Part shown: one piece after another, positions 62,774 to 64,000 of the stretch
Position numbering within the stretch: position 1 is the stretch's first letter
Layout: the number at the start of each line of letters is the position of its first letter
NCBI RefSeq assembly: GCF_964355755.1
Contig: NC_092673.1
Location: 3,038,001-3,102,000, forward strand
From: Antedon mediterranea
Lineage: Eukaryota > Animalia > Echinodermata
Direction of reading: 5' to 3'
Length of the DNA: 64,000 nt
Made by a program: the position numbers and the translations under genes
Notes under the pieces: generated by a model
The model's input: the letters and a program-made list of their open reading frames with translations, nothing else
Told to the model about the DNA's origin: nothing
Databases searched by the model: none

Positions 62774-64000
62774 TTCCTTTCCTTACAAAGTTATTTGTAA
62801 GGAAAATAGGAATTTTTTTAAATGAAAATTAGGCTTATAGAGGTTAATCAGTTTTTACCAGACAAAGATGATTTTTTATACTAAAAAAACATTAAATTGT
62901 CAGGACACCATTCAGAAAATATGTTGGTTGTATTTCCACCGTGATCGTAATTGAATGTGATCACATCTGCGGCATAACGACTAATTACGTCTTATTAGAA
63001 CGCCATGAATTTAAACGGATTTAAATCGGTTCTTCAATGTTCACACCAGGAGAGATTTTAAAGTTCCAATACTAAGTGCAAGTACGGAACAAACACCCGT
63101 AGCGATTGGGAAATTGAATCCGAATGATTCGTAGCATTGGTCCATATGCTGACGAACCTCCTCCCTAGTCTCCGGCCTCCTCCTCCTCATTTGCTTAAAG
63201 TCTCCCGTGTTCGCATAACGACATCCAATTGTTAGGCCTACACGAAAAGCATTATCTTGACGGTATTTGATAGGTTGTGAGAGTATAGATCGTGTCAACA
63301 GCGCCAAAGCAGTTAAGTAAATATACTTTATTGTACGTTCTGTAGTTGGCGGAGCAACGCTTAGCATTACTTCACCTATTCTTTGGATTATTTCGTTGAA
63401 CCATTGATGTTGGATATTATACTGTTCGTCACAAATAATTTATTTAACTATTTCGGCCAGTTTGCTTACTAACACTGCACCAAACCGTGATTGTTAATGT
63501 ACATTTTGATTTGTTTATTTTACGAGTGGAATAAATAGACTTTATCACAACCATAGGGCATTCGTGTTGCTTTCGAATTGCGTTCGTGTGACCGAATATA
63601 CCGTACAAACAATTGTTGTCGAGTGGTTGGTCACAAGCACACTATCCGTCACTCATTCGTTATCCATCGATGGACTTGCATACTATTGGAGCTATCTAAA
63701 TTCATTATTATTTTTGTTTTATAAGGTAAGTGTTTTATTCGTTTTATCAGACACAAAAGTGTTCAATAAAACCGTTATATTTACACCATAACACCTTTTA
63801 TTGTTCGATAATCGACGTTTATGATGTGTATAAAGTTCTTGGCATTGTAATTGTTAAATAAACAGCAAATGAGATGACAATTTAAACATCAAACAAGAAA
63901 TGGCAATACGTCTGATAACATTCAACTGCCGTAGCTCGTATGATCATTCTGAACCAGTATATGGCCTACAGGTAAAGTACACAATGTTCGTCTGCTTATT

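Noticed and set aside
63041-63367. 108-aa minus ORF with faint THAP-like GC...VCS pattern
   Set aside because: Required C2CH ligands and the conserved W/HF appear only with assumed frameshifts; insufficient support.
24100-64000. Conserved bilaterian microRNA or snoRNA genes in the gene-poor region
   Set aside because: By-eye scan for well-known mature miRNA sequences found none; this is not exhaustive and needs an Rfam or MirGeneDB search.

Overview
AT-rich animal genomic DNA, not prokaryotic; the repeat landscape suggests an invertebrate deuterostome such as an echinoderm (inference). Positions 1-24 kb hold two spliced genes arranged head-to-head about 550 bp apart. On the minus strand is CFAP43/WDR96: 29 coding exons reconstructed by hand, 1513 codons, with the 3' end beyond the left edge and a Gypsy LTR retrotransposon 3' end in the last visible intron. 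On the plus strand is a complete 6-exon STARD7 (370 aa). An RFX X-box lies between them. Positions 24-64 kb contain no recognisable intact protein-coding gene. They hold MITEs (about 20 copies across the window of a Harbinger-like family carrying a 21-bp minisatellite, plus a P-superfamily MITE with 31-bp TIRs and a 7-bp TSD), LINE relics, tandem repeats and two degenerate minimal hammerhead-ribozyme motifs of Penelope/retrozyme type. CORE-like and Deu-domain SINEs and a Helentron-type HINE lie mainly in CFAP43 introns. I found no convincing wholly new biological system. The best leads are the hammerhead motifs, a duplicated hairpin+PPT module in the Gypsy element and candidate spliced transcripts in the gene-poor stretch. 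All coordinates were counted by hand and no searches were run.
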